Shown piece by piece: positions 11,876 to 25,034 of a stretch of DNA of 64,000 bases (its first letter is position 1; each line of letters starts with the position of its first letter). Source of the DNA: Gnetum montanum (Eukaryota; Plantae; Gnetophyta); contig MNCI01000627.1 in assembly GCA_015680685.1 (NCBI GenBank), positions 83,610 to 147,609 on the forward strand. Direction: 5' to 3'. Under the pieces are notes generated by a model. That model was not told where the DNA came from and made no database searches. It saw only the letters and a list, made by a program, of their open reading frames with translations. The translations under genes were made by a program, and so were the position numbers.

Positions 11876-13490
11876 TTTTCAATTTCTTGTTTTATCATTT
11901 TGTCTTTCTATCTTTTTATGCTTTTGTAAGTAATCTCATCTACGAATAAAATGCTCATGTGGATCATTGGTTGAGGTGTGTTCTATGTTATCAAGTCTCG
12001 AGTAATCACTTATTTGGACAGCGAGCCCATTACACCCACTCATTCATTCTACAAATAAGAGGTTTTGTTCAAGGGTACAGTGATATTCTTGAAATTCTTA
12101 AAATTTAAAATTAATTTTGTGTTTATTGTACCCAAAATGAAGAAGAATGGACCAAGAGGAAATGATTGGGGTGTGACATCAAGGGGACTTGTAGATTCTC
12201 TTTGGTGACATCTGTGAGAGTTATCACGCAACGTAGTGGTACTAAGATCCTTGTAGATCTAACGAAAAATGGAAGTAAGAGTAATCAAAAGGGCACTCAA
12301 AGATCCAATGCTATTCTGGGGGGTCCCACTGGAAATACATGCACCCATGCCTGAAGGTTGGCGGCTTCTTCAGATTCAGCAAAGAATCAAAAAAAAAAAT
12401 AAGGAAAGCATAAAAAAAATAGAAGAGAAGAAGTGCCACAAAACAAAAAAAAAATCACTCCTCCCTTGAATAAAATGCCAAGTGATCGTACACCTTGTTG
12501 TTTTGGTACTCTCATAGTTGCTCATCATGGGATGAAACAATGCGATGTCACTAATTAGAGGAATGGACTTGGTCTTGATTTTGGAACGATGGGCTAATGA
12601 CACATTAATCATGCCCTACACTCAAGATTCATTGTGCCCTAAGTTAGTTACCTCATGCCCCAATCTCTGCAACCCCTTCTCCGATTCATTCCATCTCATT
12701 GTTCATGTATTTGTGACTCGTGTCTTGTATAGCATTGAATTCATACCTCATCATGGTGGTATCAACATGTGTGTGTTTTTTCGCATCGGTATAGATTACA
12801 TTTAACCCTTCTAGTCCCTACGAACATCTTAAGGTGTGTGGTTACACAAGGGCATATAGGTTGGAACCTGCTTTGGGGAGGACCCACTTGCGTGACTTTT
12901 GTAATTTGTACTTGGTTCACACCACCACATCATCTTATACCCTCCGAGTATTTCATTGCCAATTCTATTCTTTCCTTTGTCATCATTTTATCAAACATTC
13001 CTCAAAACCAGGTCCGACATTAGACTATTAGGGCAACGTCCTTGAAAAATTTCTAACTCTAAAATCACACTAAGTAAAGAATGCAACATTAATTAAAGGC
13101 AATAAGTAAGGTATGAAATCATTGAATTTTTTTCAATAACCTTACTAACAATTGATCTTTGTGTGATTATAGATNNNNNNNNNNNNNGCTCATAATCCTC
13201 AAATAGAAGAGGAGAAACGTCAGGTGCTTCTTCAATGGTATCAATCTTAAAAGCCTGATGCACAGGACAAAGGAAAGGCACCCATGGAGGAGCCACCACC
13301 ACCGGGAACCCCATGAGTTCCACAAGTTTTGTCTTTTGTGTCTATGTCCAAATTTTTTTTAATCCTACACTGCGACATGAATAAATTTCTAGTTAGTCAA
13401 TACTCCCATACCTATCCATTGTGTATTTAATTAAGCTTGTTCCTCACCTTCTTTGACTCGAGGACGCGTTGTTATTTAGTCATGGGAGTA

Positions 13491-14378
13491 TGATGAAGCA
13501 CTAAGCAGTCGATCCATCGACTAGGCCATGTATATGGGGCCTTGTATATGCGGCCCTATCGATGCATCCATCCATGCGTCGACATGGCCCTGTTTATGCA
13601 GAGCCTGTTTTAGCCTATAAATAAGTGGCCCTCTGACACACTTAGGGACCTTTTAGTCAATTATAGTGAAGCTCTTGCAATTTGTTCCTACATGAGATAT
13701 AATATTTTCCAAGTGCCTGCAGCAAGTGTAAGAAAAGTGATCGGCTCTTTATTCGAGCGTTGATGTATCTGAGCCCATTGGCATGATGGCAATAAAGACA
13801 AACTCTTCAAGCATTCCTTGCAACATTTGGACTTAGTCATTTAATGCATTCAATAGCTTAATATTTATATGTTTTGATAATTACTTAAGTTTCTTGTATT
13901 ATTAGTTTAATCGCTATCGTTCATTCATAGTTCATAGAAACCATAAGTATGACCATCTTGAACGTAAACCCAACGCTTGGTAACCCAGTGACGCTTAATG
14001 TCTGGTAACCCAGTAGCGGTTAGGGAATGCTTAGGATGTGCCCAGAAGATGGGATTGAATACTTATGCTAGGAATAGTTAAGATACAAATTAGGATAATT
14101 ATAGATTAGATAATATTTCATTCCCTAATTTTCATACCTTAATTAGACTCCAAAAGATAAAGTAAAAATCTATAAAAATCAGTTGCCTCAATCTCACTTA
14201 ACCATTGCCACTAGAACACCACAAGTGAGGTTGGGAAGACAACGACTGTTCTAACCAAGGGTTTGTTGGTTAAGGTCTGGTATATGTTAAGTGCTTACAG
14301 TCTACGAAATTCAACCGAGTCGCGTGTGAATGCCTGTGATTCGCATGGTTGGGTGTAGGGGTACCTAGCCGCTCATCA
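13491..14378 (+). repeat. 3' LTR of element B
   Basis: Preceded by PPT, followed by TSD; roughly 91% similar by eye to the 5' LTR. Confidence 0.95.
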
Positions 14379-15599
14379 ACAAATGATCAAAACATAAGCT
14401 CGGCAGTGAGGTGAGACATGGGGAGAAATGGGTGAAGAGAGAGGAGTGAGGATTGGAATTCCAGTTATCACTTACATGAAACCCCGTGTGAAGTTGTGGT
14501 TAAGTGACCTGGTAGGACCTTTCTTGAGTTCAGATCCAAAACCAACCACATCCAGTGACATTATAGCAACATGCAATGACCCTGCCACCCCCCAAGTGGA
14601 TAGGAATGCATCCATAGAGAACCACCACTCCAAAAGACGTGAGAGAAAGGAAGTGAAATAGGACTAAGTTAGAGGGGATGAAGGAAGTCTCATAACTAGT
14701 GCTTGTGGCCCGTGAGAGGCAGTCTAAGGGGTGTGCTTTGAATTCCCACATAGTTGGGACTTTACGTGTTTGTTTTTTTTTTTTCATTTTGTGGGAACCA
14801 CACCATGCAAAGACCAATGCTTGGTTGCATGCATTCAACCAAGGGGTGTGCTTTCATTCTTCATGTTGTGTTTTTTTTTCTTTTTGTGTTTTTTGCAATG
14901 AGGACCACACCATGCAAGGTCAAACTGCCAAGGAGCTTCCTTCTAGAGAAGAACTTGGAGTGGAAAGGAATCCGTAAGGACACTTCTACTGCTAAGGGGG
15001 TAGAAGAGGACGATGAATGTTGCATTTCCCTTGAATTCACACCTAATTCAAACCATTGGGTCATCCCCGAATCTAGGAACTACACAAGTCACACATTAAT
15101 TATAATGTTTTTAAGTGAAAAGGGGGTTGCATATTTCCAAATCTAGGAAAACCATGGAGTGGATGAATGGGTGGACGACGTGGACTCACTGCCGATATTA
15201 TGAGATGAAAGTAGACGTGAAATCCAAGAACAACAATGCGAGGGTAGGAGCGAGGTAAAATAGGTGGACTATTTCTCGTGACCCATCGCAACAAAAACCA
15301 TCTACGCCAAACCTGATGACAGTAAGATGACTTATCAGTGACCAATTGGAAATTTAACACACACATACACATAAATAAACAACAAAGAAATGGAAAAGTA
15401 ATTAAAGAAAGGAAAATTTAGCAAGAATGGGCAAACGTATGAACGATGTTGAAAAAAAAGTGTAAACAAAAAATTCCAAAAATAGTGAGGAGCGTAGTGG
15501 AATGGATTAGCATGGAGAACAGTCTCCCCCACGACTGGGCAGAAAGAAGGAGATGCGAAAGATGGAACGAGGTTGTCTGGGTGATGATGAGGCGGTAGC

Positions 15600-18500
15600 A
15601 CTGGTTAGGTGGAGTTCACGAAAAGGTTTTAATTACTGTCGGTTGACCAATTGCGTTCTTGTGGGGTCCTCAGGTTTGTGGATAAGTAAGGCCCTGAATG
15701 GAAAGGTTTTGAAGACAATGTAAGGTCCCTCCCACAACATTCGAAACTTGGTCGGTTGTGGTACGTGTGTGGGGTTCCAATACAACACCTTATCTCCACA
15801 TCTAAACATGATCTTCCGAATTCTAAGATCATGACATTTTTTATTGTAGGCCTTGTGGATCTCATTTGAAGATAAGGCCACTAATTGGTTCTCATCTAGC
15901 ACACTTAGGTTCATAAGTCATTCGCATTGTGCTAGTGGTAGGTCAAGCCCTAAGTCACTGGCTGTGGATAGTACCCGGAGTTCTGCCTAGACTAGAAGCT
16001 TCGATAGCTTATGGTACACTAACTCATAGGAAGAGTAACCTATAGGAAGTTTCCAAGTGGAGCTATAAGCCTAGAGTGCATCGTTAAGTTTGGTGCTCTA
16101 GTCCCTCTTATATTCACTAATGGTTCAAGTAATGATCTTGGTGATCTGCCTATTGGTAACTTCGACTTGCCCATTGGCTTGGGGTGGTAAGATGTTGTGA
16201 ATTTATGGGTAACCCTCAAGTGTTTCATGAGTTTATGAAAAGTGATACCCATGAAACGGGTTCCATTGTCTGAGATAAGTGCACGTGGCACTCCAAACCT
16301 GTTGATGATTTACTATTGGAAAAATCGTGCGACGGTGTTTAAAGAACAGTCGATGACAGTTGCCGCCTCCACCCACTTTGTGTAGTAGTCCACAACGACA
16401 ATGATATATGCCTTTCTATTGCACAGGGATGCGATGGGTCCCATGAAGTCGATGCCTAAATGTTGAATGGCTCCAGTGATTGGATCCACTTCTGAGGTCC
16501 CTCTATTTGTGCAGTAATCCCACCATCTCTCTGGCATTGTTCCCAGGAGTGGGCGAACCATTGTGCATCCCTAAAAATGGTGGGCTAGTAATATCTTGCA
16601 AGCAGGATCTTAATGAATGTACGTCGTCCAGCATAATGGCCCCCACAAGGACCCTCGTGAGCATCTTGGAGGACGCATAGTGTATCATCATCAGGGACAT
16701 ACCATCGAACTAGGCCATCTGCACACACCTTATAAAGGTGACCATTAATTTCCATGTAGTGCTTGGCCTTGTGGAGAAACTGTTGTTTCTACTGATGGTT
16801 CCACTTCTTTGGCAACTCCTGAATTGTGAGATAGGTGAGGATGTGGCTGAACCAAGGTGATGTTTTGGGCACCTGCGGATCGACCGCACCTGCGAAGAGG
16901 AGTTCATCTAGAAATTGGTAGGAGAGGGGCTCCTCCTCTTCTACATCATCCCATTGCAACTAAGACAAGTGGTCAGCAACCACATTCTCGGTCCCCTTCC
17001 AATCTACCATAGTGAGGTCAAATTTCTGAAGAATCACCAGCCACTGGATGATACGAGGGCTCACTGTTGGCTTGTTCATCAGGAACCGGATAACACTATA
17101 GTCAGTATGCACAAACACCTTGTACCCGAGCACATAGTGTTGAAATTTTTCCAAGGCGAACACCACCGTCATCAACTCCTTTTCGGTGGTGGTGTAGTTA
17201 AGCTAAGCACCCACAATGTTATGGCTTGCACAATGGATATAGTATGGGCATTTTTTATCATCCCATTGTGTAAGCACGACTCCCAAGGCATAATTGGATG
17301 CATCCGTCATGATGTGGAAGGGCTTGGACCAATCAGGTGCCCATAGAATTGGAGTCTCTACGAGTTTCTGTTTGAGCGCTTGGAATGCAGATTCACATTC
17401 CTTGGTCTAGATGAACAGAGCATCTTTCTTTATGAGTTCCACCAACAGCTTGGCGATCTTCGAGAAATTTTCGATGAAGTGTCGGTAGTAACCAGTGTGG
17501 CCAAGGAATGACCAAACATCTTTTACAGTGCTGGGTTGTCGGGTGATTCCTTGGATGACCCTGATCTTTTTAGGATCCACACTAATCCCTGTCTGTGAGA
17601 TACGATGCCCTAGCACAATGTCCTCTTGGACCATTAAGTGGCTTTTATGCCAATTGAGCCATAGATTAGTGTCCACACATCTTTTCAGAACTTGCTCAAG
17701 GTGGTCCAAGGCTTGTTCGAACGTGGCCCCATGGGTAGAGAAGTCATCCATGAAGACTTCTACCCCATTGCCAATTTGCTGCTGGAAGATGCTAAGGACA
17801 AGGCGTTGGAACGTGGCAGGCACATTACATAGGCCAAAAGGCATCTTCTTGTATGCGAAAGTCCCCTAGGGACTTGTGAAAGTTGTCTTGGCCTGGTCCT
17901 CTAGTGCAATTTGGATTTGGTTATAGCTACTATAACCATCCAAAAAGTTGTAATAATGATGCCTTACAATGGTGTCCAACACCTGGTACACAAATGGAAG
18001 TGGGAAGTGATCTTCGAAGGTAGCCATGTTGAGCAATCAGAAATCTATACAGATCCTCCATTTACCATCCTTCTTCGGCACAATAACGAGTGGGCTGACC
18101 CATTCGCTATCGACAATAGAATAGATGAACTCCGCTTTGAGCAATTGCTCAATCTCATCTTTGATGACTTGCTTCAATTTGGGGTTCAACCACCTTTGTG
18201 GTTGACGTCATGACTTCATGGAGGGGTCAATATAAATCTGATGTTGGTAGACCCTGGGATCAACTCTGATTAACTCAAGATATGACCATGCAAAAGTAGC
18301 ATCCCATTTGTTCATCACCTTTAGCAACTTCTTCTTTTGTTCAGGAGTAAGGGTGGCATTGATAATTAGCGGTTTTCCATTTTGCAAAAATGCATATTCT
18401 AAGTGGGCCAGTAAGGCTTGAACTCCAAGGGCTCTTATTTGAAGCTTTCAAGAATTTGCAGCTATCCCTAATCATCATGGTCATCAACAGTGGATACTTA

Positions 18501-19206
18501 TTGATAAACCTATTCCAAATTATCCATGCTCTCTATGTAGGCTTGTACAAGCCCCTCAGATGGTTCCATGCATAATGTGCTGCTAGCAGGATCAACTGTT
18601 AGCCACTAGGTGCCCTCTTGATTTGTGGCTGCTACGTATAGGCACTGTTGAACTAGCGATTCTTCGGTACATCGACTACATGCTTGAATGGATGTTTTCT
18701 TGGCGGACCATAACTGCTACACACAGTTGCACCCTAAGTCACTGTACGCGATGCATGGAACGTGCTTCTTCTCGATCTTTCCAAGAGGATTTTTCTTTGA
18801 AATTTTAAGGGAAAGATCTCGGAGTCCTAGTTTTGCATCCACTATGCTCAGCCAGGCTCTTCCCATTATGATTAGGAAGTTTCCCTTGTAATTATCTACA
18901 CGGATGACAAGGAAATCAACAGGATAAGACCACCCGCAAATGGTGGTCACAATGTCTTCTACTAATCCTAAGGGAACAGTAATGGATTGGTCTGCTCGAG
19001 CTGATGTTGCTCTTCTTTAATGAGGGCAGGTTCCAATTCTTGTACATGTCATGGGAGATCAAGTTGATTCCTGACCCTGAGTCCAAAAGAGCTTTACATG
19101 GCTCATTCCCTGCCACCTGAAGATAGATGAGGGGGCTTCCCGGATCAGTCAATTTCCATGGAAGATGCTCTGCCTTTATCCAATCGGTCACAGCATGTGT
19201 GAGCAT
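15600..19206 (-). pseudogene. Degenerate pol of element A (protease, reverse transcriptase, RNase H, integrase)
   Basis: PR LLDSGSGINLI (18916-19206). RT MPFGLCNVPATFQR...VEVFMDDF...SFLGHTGYYR (17407-17844). RH TDAS and VVFALEKF...ENVVADHLS (16960-17350). INT GIDFMGP...VDYYTKWVEA, ISDNGT and WEGPY (15633-16561). Many stops and frameshifts. Confidence 0.95.
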
Positions 19207-19316
19207 GACCGTTTGTACATTGAAGGATGTTTGGTTTAAAGGCTACTCGAGAGGTGGAACAGTGAAGGCATTTTGAGGTTCAGAGGCACTAGCCACATGT
19301 GTATGTGAGGGTATGT

Positions 19317-21725
19317 TCAGATTATTGGACTGAAAAAAGGGATGTTTTCGTGGTTTGGGTTCCGGTGCACTCGACTGAGGTGCCAGTTGTAGGTTGATAG
19401 CCCTCGTGGCATGGTGTTGCGTTGATGTGGATATGGTGGTATCTCCCCCTGCATAGGTGGAGCAGGTGGTAGTTGAGTGGGATGTTGTGGAGAAGGAACG
19501 ATAGGAGAAGGTGATGGAGGATAATAGAGATGTGGGCCTTCCCCCCTAGGTGATGGAGATTGTGGTTGGAAATATTCCAAGGGGTGATAATAATGTTGAA
19601 AGGTTGCGTGACTGGAAGAGTTCCGCGGGGAGACTGGTTACTGAACATAGTACCCATAAGGATTTGGCTGTCGGTAAGGATATTGCTACCTTGGAGGTGG
19701 CATTCCCCACGCTTGTGGGTGCTGCCATTGCTAGAAGTATTCATAAGGTTGCGGTGGTGCTCCACTTGGATAATACCCTTGTTGCCGGTGGAACTGCCTT
19801 GGGTTGCCTTGTGGGTAAGGCAAGCTTCAGGATGTTTGCCTCTTCGCCAAGTGAGGATTCAACACGTACACCCTAGACTCTTGTAGATGTGACACCATAG
19901 GACAACACCCCTTAGGATGTTCGTATTGGCATATGCCACATTCAACATCTTCCTCCATGTCAAAGTTTGCAACCAATTCTGGTACAACAACTTTTCCCTT
20001 ACCCTTATGGTGGGCATGTTCAACTTCCTTCTTCCTACGCCGATCACGATCATTACCTTGCTCTCTGGACTCTTCTGCAATCTTTAGCACACTTTGGAAT
20101 TTTTCGTCCAAAGAGTCCTACATCTTATCAACCTTTGTCGATATTTCAAATGTAAACTTTTGTAAGGGCAAGGTTTTTCAGTTCACCGTTGCTTCCAGTG
20201 ATGATTCCTCCTCATCTTTACAAAATCGGACTTCCTTCTTTCTGATGGAAGGATCCTAATTAAAGTCCTCTGCACTCTCCTTCTTCCTCAGCTCCCCATC
20301 CTCTTTGACCACCTACTCAATTAGGCGCTGCAGTTGATGGGCCCTTAGTTCTGATAATCATCCCTAGGCGTACATGCCAATGGTCTTCCTAGTTTCAAAG
20401 CAGAGCCCATCAATGATATGGTGAAGTTATGCCCACTGAGAGTAGCCATGACTAGGGCATCAGTGTAGCAGTGAATAGTATCTGCTCATGGCTACATCCA
20501 AGGGTTCATGATTACCTTGCTTCCACCCTTGGATCTAACGTCTCAGGTTTGCCACCCTGGAGTAGGTTTGATACTTGTCATTGAAGATCTCAAGCATCAT
20601 ACTCCATCTTCTGATTGATTCTAGTTCCAAAGATCGGTACCAAATTTCTGCTTCCTTGATGAGTGTGTGAGGGAACAGCTTAAGTTTCTACCAATCATTA
20701 TCAATATTCTGCAGAGTGCAAGCGTCATGGAATGCTTGCAGGTGAGTTTGCATATCACAATTGTATTCCCCTTCAAATCTGGGGATGTTGTTCATGTCAA
20801 TGCATTTGATCCAACTGTCTTTCAAGTGCTTGCTGGGTATCTAAACTGCCTCGGCAATATGGAGCATGCTCCGAGTAGCCAATAGTGGCTCATCCGAGTC
20901 ATAGTCCTATTGAGTGCCACGATGTCTGTGACGATTCTGGCTACCCCTCCTTTCATGACGGTGAGGCTCACGTGATTGGTCACATGCTTCCTCACGTCGT
21001 TCCCTTCGGTCCTTCCGACCACCATCACCTCACTCCTTTCTACCACAGTTACGATTAGAGTCTAAACTGGATGAAGGTAGAGGGGAGTGAGAGGATGGAG
21101 AAGAGGAAGAGGAATCGCCACCACTCTGGTGTCAATCTCCCCCTCTACTCTAATGTCGGCCTCGATCTTCTTGCCCATTTTTGCTTGTGTCGTGACCCCT
21201 TCTACGTGATCCTCCATCTTCCTGGGGGTCTTGGTCACTAAATTGCTTGTTCTGAATGATGGACTAAATGATCTAATGCCCTAGAGGAAGTTTGACCGAA
21301 TGGGAATCCTAAAAGATAGGTTCCCCTTCTTCTTGTAGCCCTTGCAAGAATAAGAAGTTACTGAATTGTTTTCCCTTCATGTGTTCATATCGTTTTGCCT
21401 GCTACTAGTCTCATACCCATTGGGCCTTGGTGGGACAATAGTCCCGGTAGTCATGGTCCTCCATGACGTACTCCATACCGTGGTCCTGGATGCCTAGTTT
21501 GGCAAGATTGTGAAACAGCATTCCAAGAGTCAATCGGTCAGGTGGTAATATGATGTTGCCTTCCATGTCCCGCCAATGCAAATGCTCATCCTGATGTAGG
21601 ATGAAGGTGAAATTGGGGACATATTCATCGAGATGCGTGTATACCACCCGACATTCTTGTGGCACTCGTGGGTTGGATTCATCTCGCCTACGAGAAGAAG
21701 ACATGTTGGATGTTAGATAATCCAC
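19317..21725 (-). pseudogene. Degenerate gag of element A
   Basis: Begins about 125 nt after the PBS; retrotransposon gag core (KLFPHTL...W) ~20400-20800; knuckle CGICQYEHPKGCC in ORF 19827-20111; Pro-rich tail. Confidence 0.85.
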
Positions 21726-21869
21726 TTTATCGGTGTACTTTACTTTTTACTTAGTCCACCTAGCATGCATAGATTTTACTATCCTAGGTCTGTTCCAATG
21801 ACTTAAATGATAATTTGGCTAAGGTTAGATGGTCAATGTAAGACTGATAGTCCCTGGCAACAGTGCCAA

Positions 21870-22755
21870 CGATGAGCGGCTAGGTACCCCTACGCCCAAC
21901 CATGCGAATCATGGGCATTTACATGTGACTCAGTCGAATTCCCTAGACTGTAAGCACTTTGCATACACCAGACCCTAACCAGCAAAACCTTGTGTTAGAA
22001 CGGTCGCTGTCTTCTCAAGCCTCACTTGTGATGTTCTAATGACGATGGTTAAGTGAGATTGAGGCACATGATTTTTATGGCTTTTTGCTTTATCTTTTGG
22101 CATCTAATTCTTAGAATGGAAAGTAAGGTTGAAATATTATCTATAATTATCCTAATCTATATCTTAACTATTCCTAGCATAAGTATTTGATCCCATCTTC
22201 CGAGCACATCTTGAGCATCCCCTAACCACTACTGGGTTACCAGACGTTAAGCGTCACTGGGTTGCCAAGTGTTGGGTTCACGTTCGAGATGGTCGTACTT
22301 ATGGTTTTTATGAACTATGAAAGAGCGATAGCGATTGAAATAACAACAACAGAAACTTAAGTAATTATCAAAGCATAAAAATATTAAACTACTAAATGCA
22401 TTAAATAACTAAGTCCAATTGCTGCAAGGAATGCTTGAAAAGTTCGTCTTTATTGTTGTTCACGCCAATGGGCTCAGATACATCAGTGCTCGAATAAAGA
22501 GCTAGACATCTTTCTTACACCTACTGCAGGCACTTGGAAAATATTCTAACTCTTGCGGAAACAAACTGCAAGAACTTCACTACAACTGCCAAAAAGGTAC
22601 CTAAGTGAGGCGGAAGCCCTCTTATTTATAGGACAAAATAGGCTTCGCGTAAATGGGGCCACATCGACACATGGAAGGATGTGTCGATGAGGCCGCGTCG
22701 ACGCAGTTGCATATACGCGACCTAGTCGACGCATGGACTATTTGACACTTCATCA
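21870..22755 (-). repeat. 5' LTR of element A
   Basis: Adjacent to PBS and flanked by TSD; TATA (CCTATAAATAAG, minus) at ~22621-22632. Confidence 0.95.
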
Positions 22756-23203
22756 GTTCATATGGTCGAGTAATGTATTTCGTTTCATGATACCCTTCAA
22801 GTGCTTCACTTAGTTTCAACCCCTTGAGAGTAGTTTGGAGCATAATGGGTGTTGAATGTCTTGATGGTAAAACAATGTTTCCTTGAAGATCCCTCCATCT
22901 TAAGTAGATGTCTTGATGAAAGATGAATTTGAAATCAGGATACTAAGGATCACGAAGAGCATATGAAATCCTTGTCTACATTGGCATACTCTAGTCTTCT
23001 TTTTCTTCAATTTTGTCATTGCTTCTCTGTAGTTCCTTGGCAAGTGATGTGGTTTTCTTGTTTGAAGCCATATTATATTTTAAGACATTTTTTAAGTGTG
23101 CTTTTCTTAAAATTATGAAGTTTGACTTTGTGTTTCAAGTACAACGAACTTTGTGGAATCAATTACTAAGCATACATTGACTTGTTCCCGTTAATGGCAC
23201 CAA

Positions 23204-24110
23204 TGATGAGTAGTGGAGTAATCCAATACCCAACCATACAAGATACGAGTGTTCACATATGGCCCAATTGTAATTCGTGGATGAGGTAATGTGAATATGC
23301 TAGTAATCGTTGTCTTCCCACGTGGAGCTAGTATAATCTATGCGTATGGTTTAGCTCTCAGTGAAGTGTATGATATATTGATGTTGGTAGGCTGTAACTC
23401 CAGGCTATGATGGTAAAGTGTGAAAATGATTCTAACTCCTAGCTATGATGGTAAAGTGTGAAAATGATTTTAAGTCTAAGGAAAATGGTAAAATAATCTA
23501 CTCTAGCTTAGAGCAATGAGCATCCATTCCTAGCTTATCGTGCATGCCTTGGGCTCATGTAACCATTACAAGGATTACCAAGTGAGTTCACTACTAAGCA
23601 AATCAAGAGAAACCTTTACTGGGTTACTAAACAATTATACTTAATGCTCAAAACCAATTGTACGCATTCTGCTTTACTATGAACAAGGAAAGTAAAGTAC
23701 TTAGAAATGTAACTGATTGAACTAGGAAAATGGTAAGAATTATGCTAAGTAAAATAATAAAGCTAAGTGGATGCTACAATGATGGAAAGCAATCTCAATC
23801 TTTATTTTCATCATGAACTATGCCTAAGTACACTTGCCTCAAATAAAGATTCCCAAAAACTACTCAGTATCACACTACAGGTATTCACTCTTTATGGATA
23901 AAACTACAAAAACAAATTGCAAGAGTCTACCTAAGGTTGGAATGAAAAGATATGCAACTGTGCACTTAAGTGTCTTATTTATAGGCAGGCACATGTGGAG
24001 TGATATCAGATATTTGACATCGAAGCTTGTGCCTCAATATCGGCGATCTGATATCGTGGCTTCGATATTGAATATCCAATATTGTAGCCATGATAAAACG
24101 TGATTTATCA
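23204..24110 (-). repeat. 5' LTR of element C
   Basis: TGATGAG...TTTATCA termini, adjacent Asp-type PBS, homologous to solo LTR 33454-34337; internal 38-bp tandem duplication ~23404-23470. Confidence 0.85.
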
Positions 24111-25034
24111 CTTATCTATATTAGAGAGTATTTCAAGTTTTTTTTTCTAATGTTTAAATTATATGATTTTTCTTGTATTGTAACATTTAGCATTCATTGA
24201 AGCATTTGTATTTATGCCATATGAATTTATTGTTCATGCTATTTTTTTATTCACCACCATATAAAATAGTAAGTCTAATTACTTTTTTGTGAAATTTTCC
24301 TTTCAATTTTATTAGGATTCTTTGATTGCATAAAACACCATTAGCGTATCTCTATTTTGACTATCTTACCTCAATCCTATTTCTTATTAATTTTACCAAG
24401 TGATTGAAGCCTTGATTATAGGTATCATAATTATGAGGCATTTTTTTGGATATTGGGTTTGGTAGCATAACCTCTACCTACATAGTAGGGTAGATATGAC
24501 CCAGTAGACAAGAGTGTCCTACCACAAGCACACTCCTCTATTATGACACCCATGAGTGGAGGCTGAAATAAAACCTATAACCTCTTAATTGATAGATGAG
24601 TATCTTGAACACTGCATTACACCCATGGGTGCTATGTTTATACATTTATTCATATTGCATTCTATGTATTTTATTTTACTTTTACTAATTTTTAAGTCCT
24701 TTGATTCTAGAGGATATCACCAACATTTTAGGAGCAATGTTTACTTTTTCCAAGTCAATAAATATATAGTTTTTCTAATTTTTTAAATTTCTTTATTAAT
24801 TGTTATTTCTAATGAAATTTCATAAGCGTTACACCTCTAGAATTTGCACAATTTTACACATTTATCTTGTTATGACTAATTAAATTGTACCATTGCTTTG
24901 CTCTTAATAATTATTTTTTTTTAAATGAAAAAATCCAACTCTCGTTTACTCCTTTCAATTTCAAGTAATGATATTACCAATTAAATGTTTTTTATTAGCT
25001 ACTTAAATTGTTATGGTAAATAAATTGTTAAACA

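Larger units (their letters stand above)
8982..14378 (+). mobile_element. Non-autonomous Athila-like LTR element 'B' (gag remnant, no pol), nested in A in the opposite orientation
   Basis: LTRs 8982-9847 and 13491-14378; TSD ACAAA (8977-8981, 14379-14383); PBS TTGGCGCCGTTACTAGGGA 9848-9866; PPT AGTCATGGGAGTA 13478-13490; gag knuckle ECNICLYDHP ~10905-10935. Contains two N gaps, so true length is uncertain. Confidence 0.95.
4145..22755 (-). mobile_element. Full-length Athila-like Ty3/gypsy LTR retrotransposon 'A' (decayed), containing nested element B
   Basis: LTRs 4145-4995 and 21870-22755; 5-bp TSD GTTCA (4140-4144, 22756-22760); PBS TTGGCACTGTTGCCAGGGA (21851-21869, tRNA-Asp type); PPT AGTCATGGGGGTA (4996-5008). 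Domain order gag-PR-RT-RH-INT-accessory ORF. Confidence 0.95.
1..24110 (-). mobile_element. Athila-like Ty3/gypsy LTR retrotransposon 'C' (pol-less: gag + protease), interrupted by element A; 3' end lies beyond the window's left edge
   Basis: 5' LTR at 23204-24110 and degenerate tRNA-Asp PBS (TTGGTGCCATTAACGGGA, 23186-23203, minus). The gag frame is continuous across the A insertion once one TSD copy is removed (ITRPYE|PIDEQLRKDHAMEAS). Zinc knuckle CNVC*YEHPMGCC ~2595-2630; protease LLDSGSRVNLIS ~1780-1815; no RT/INT motifs in 1-1250. Confidence 0.85.
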
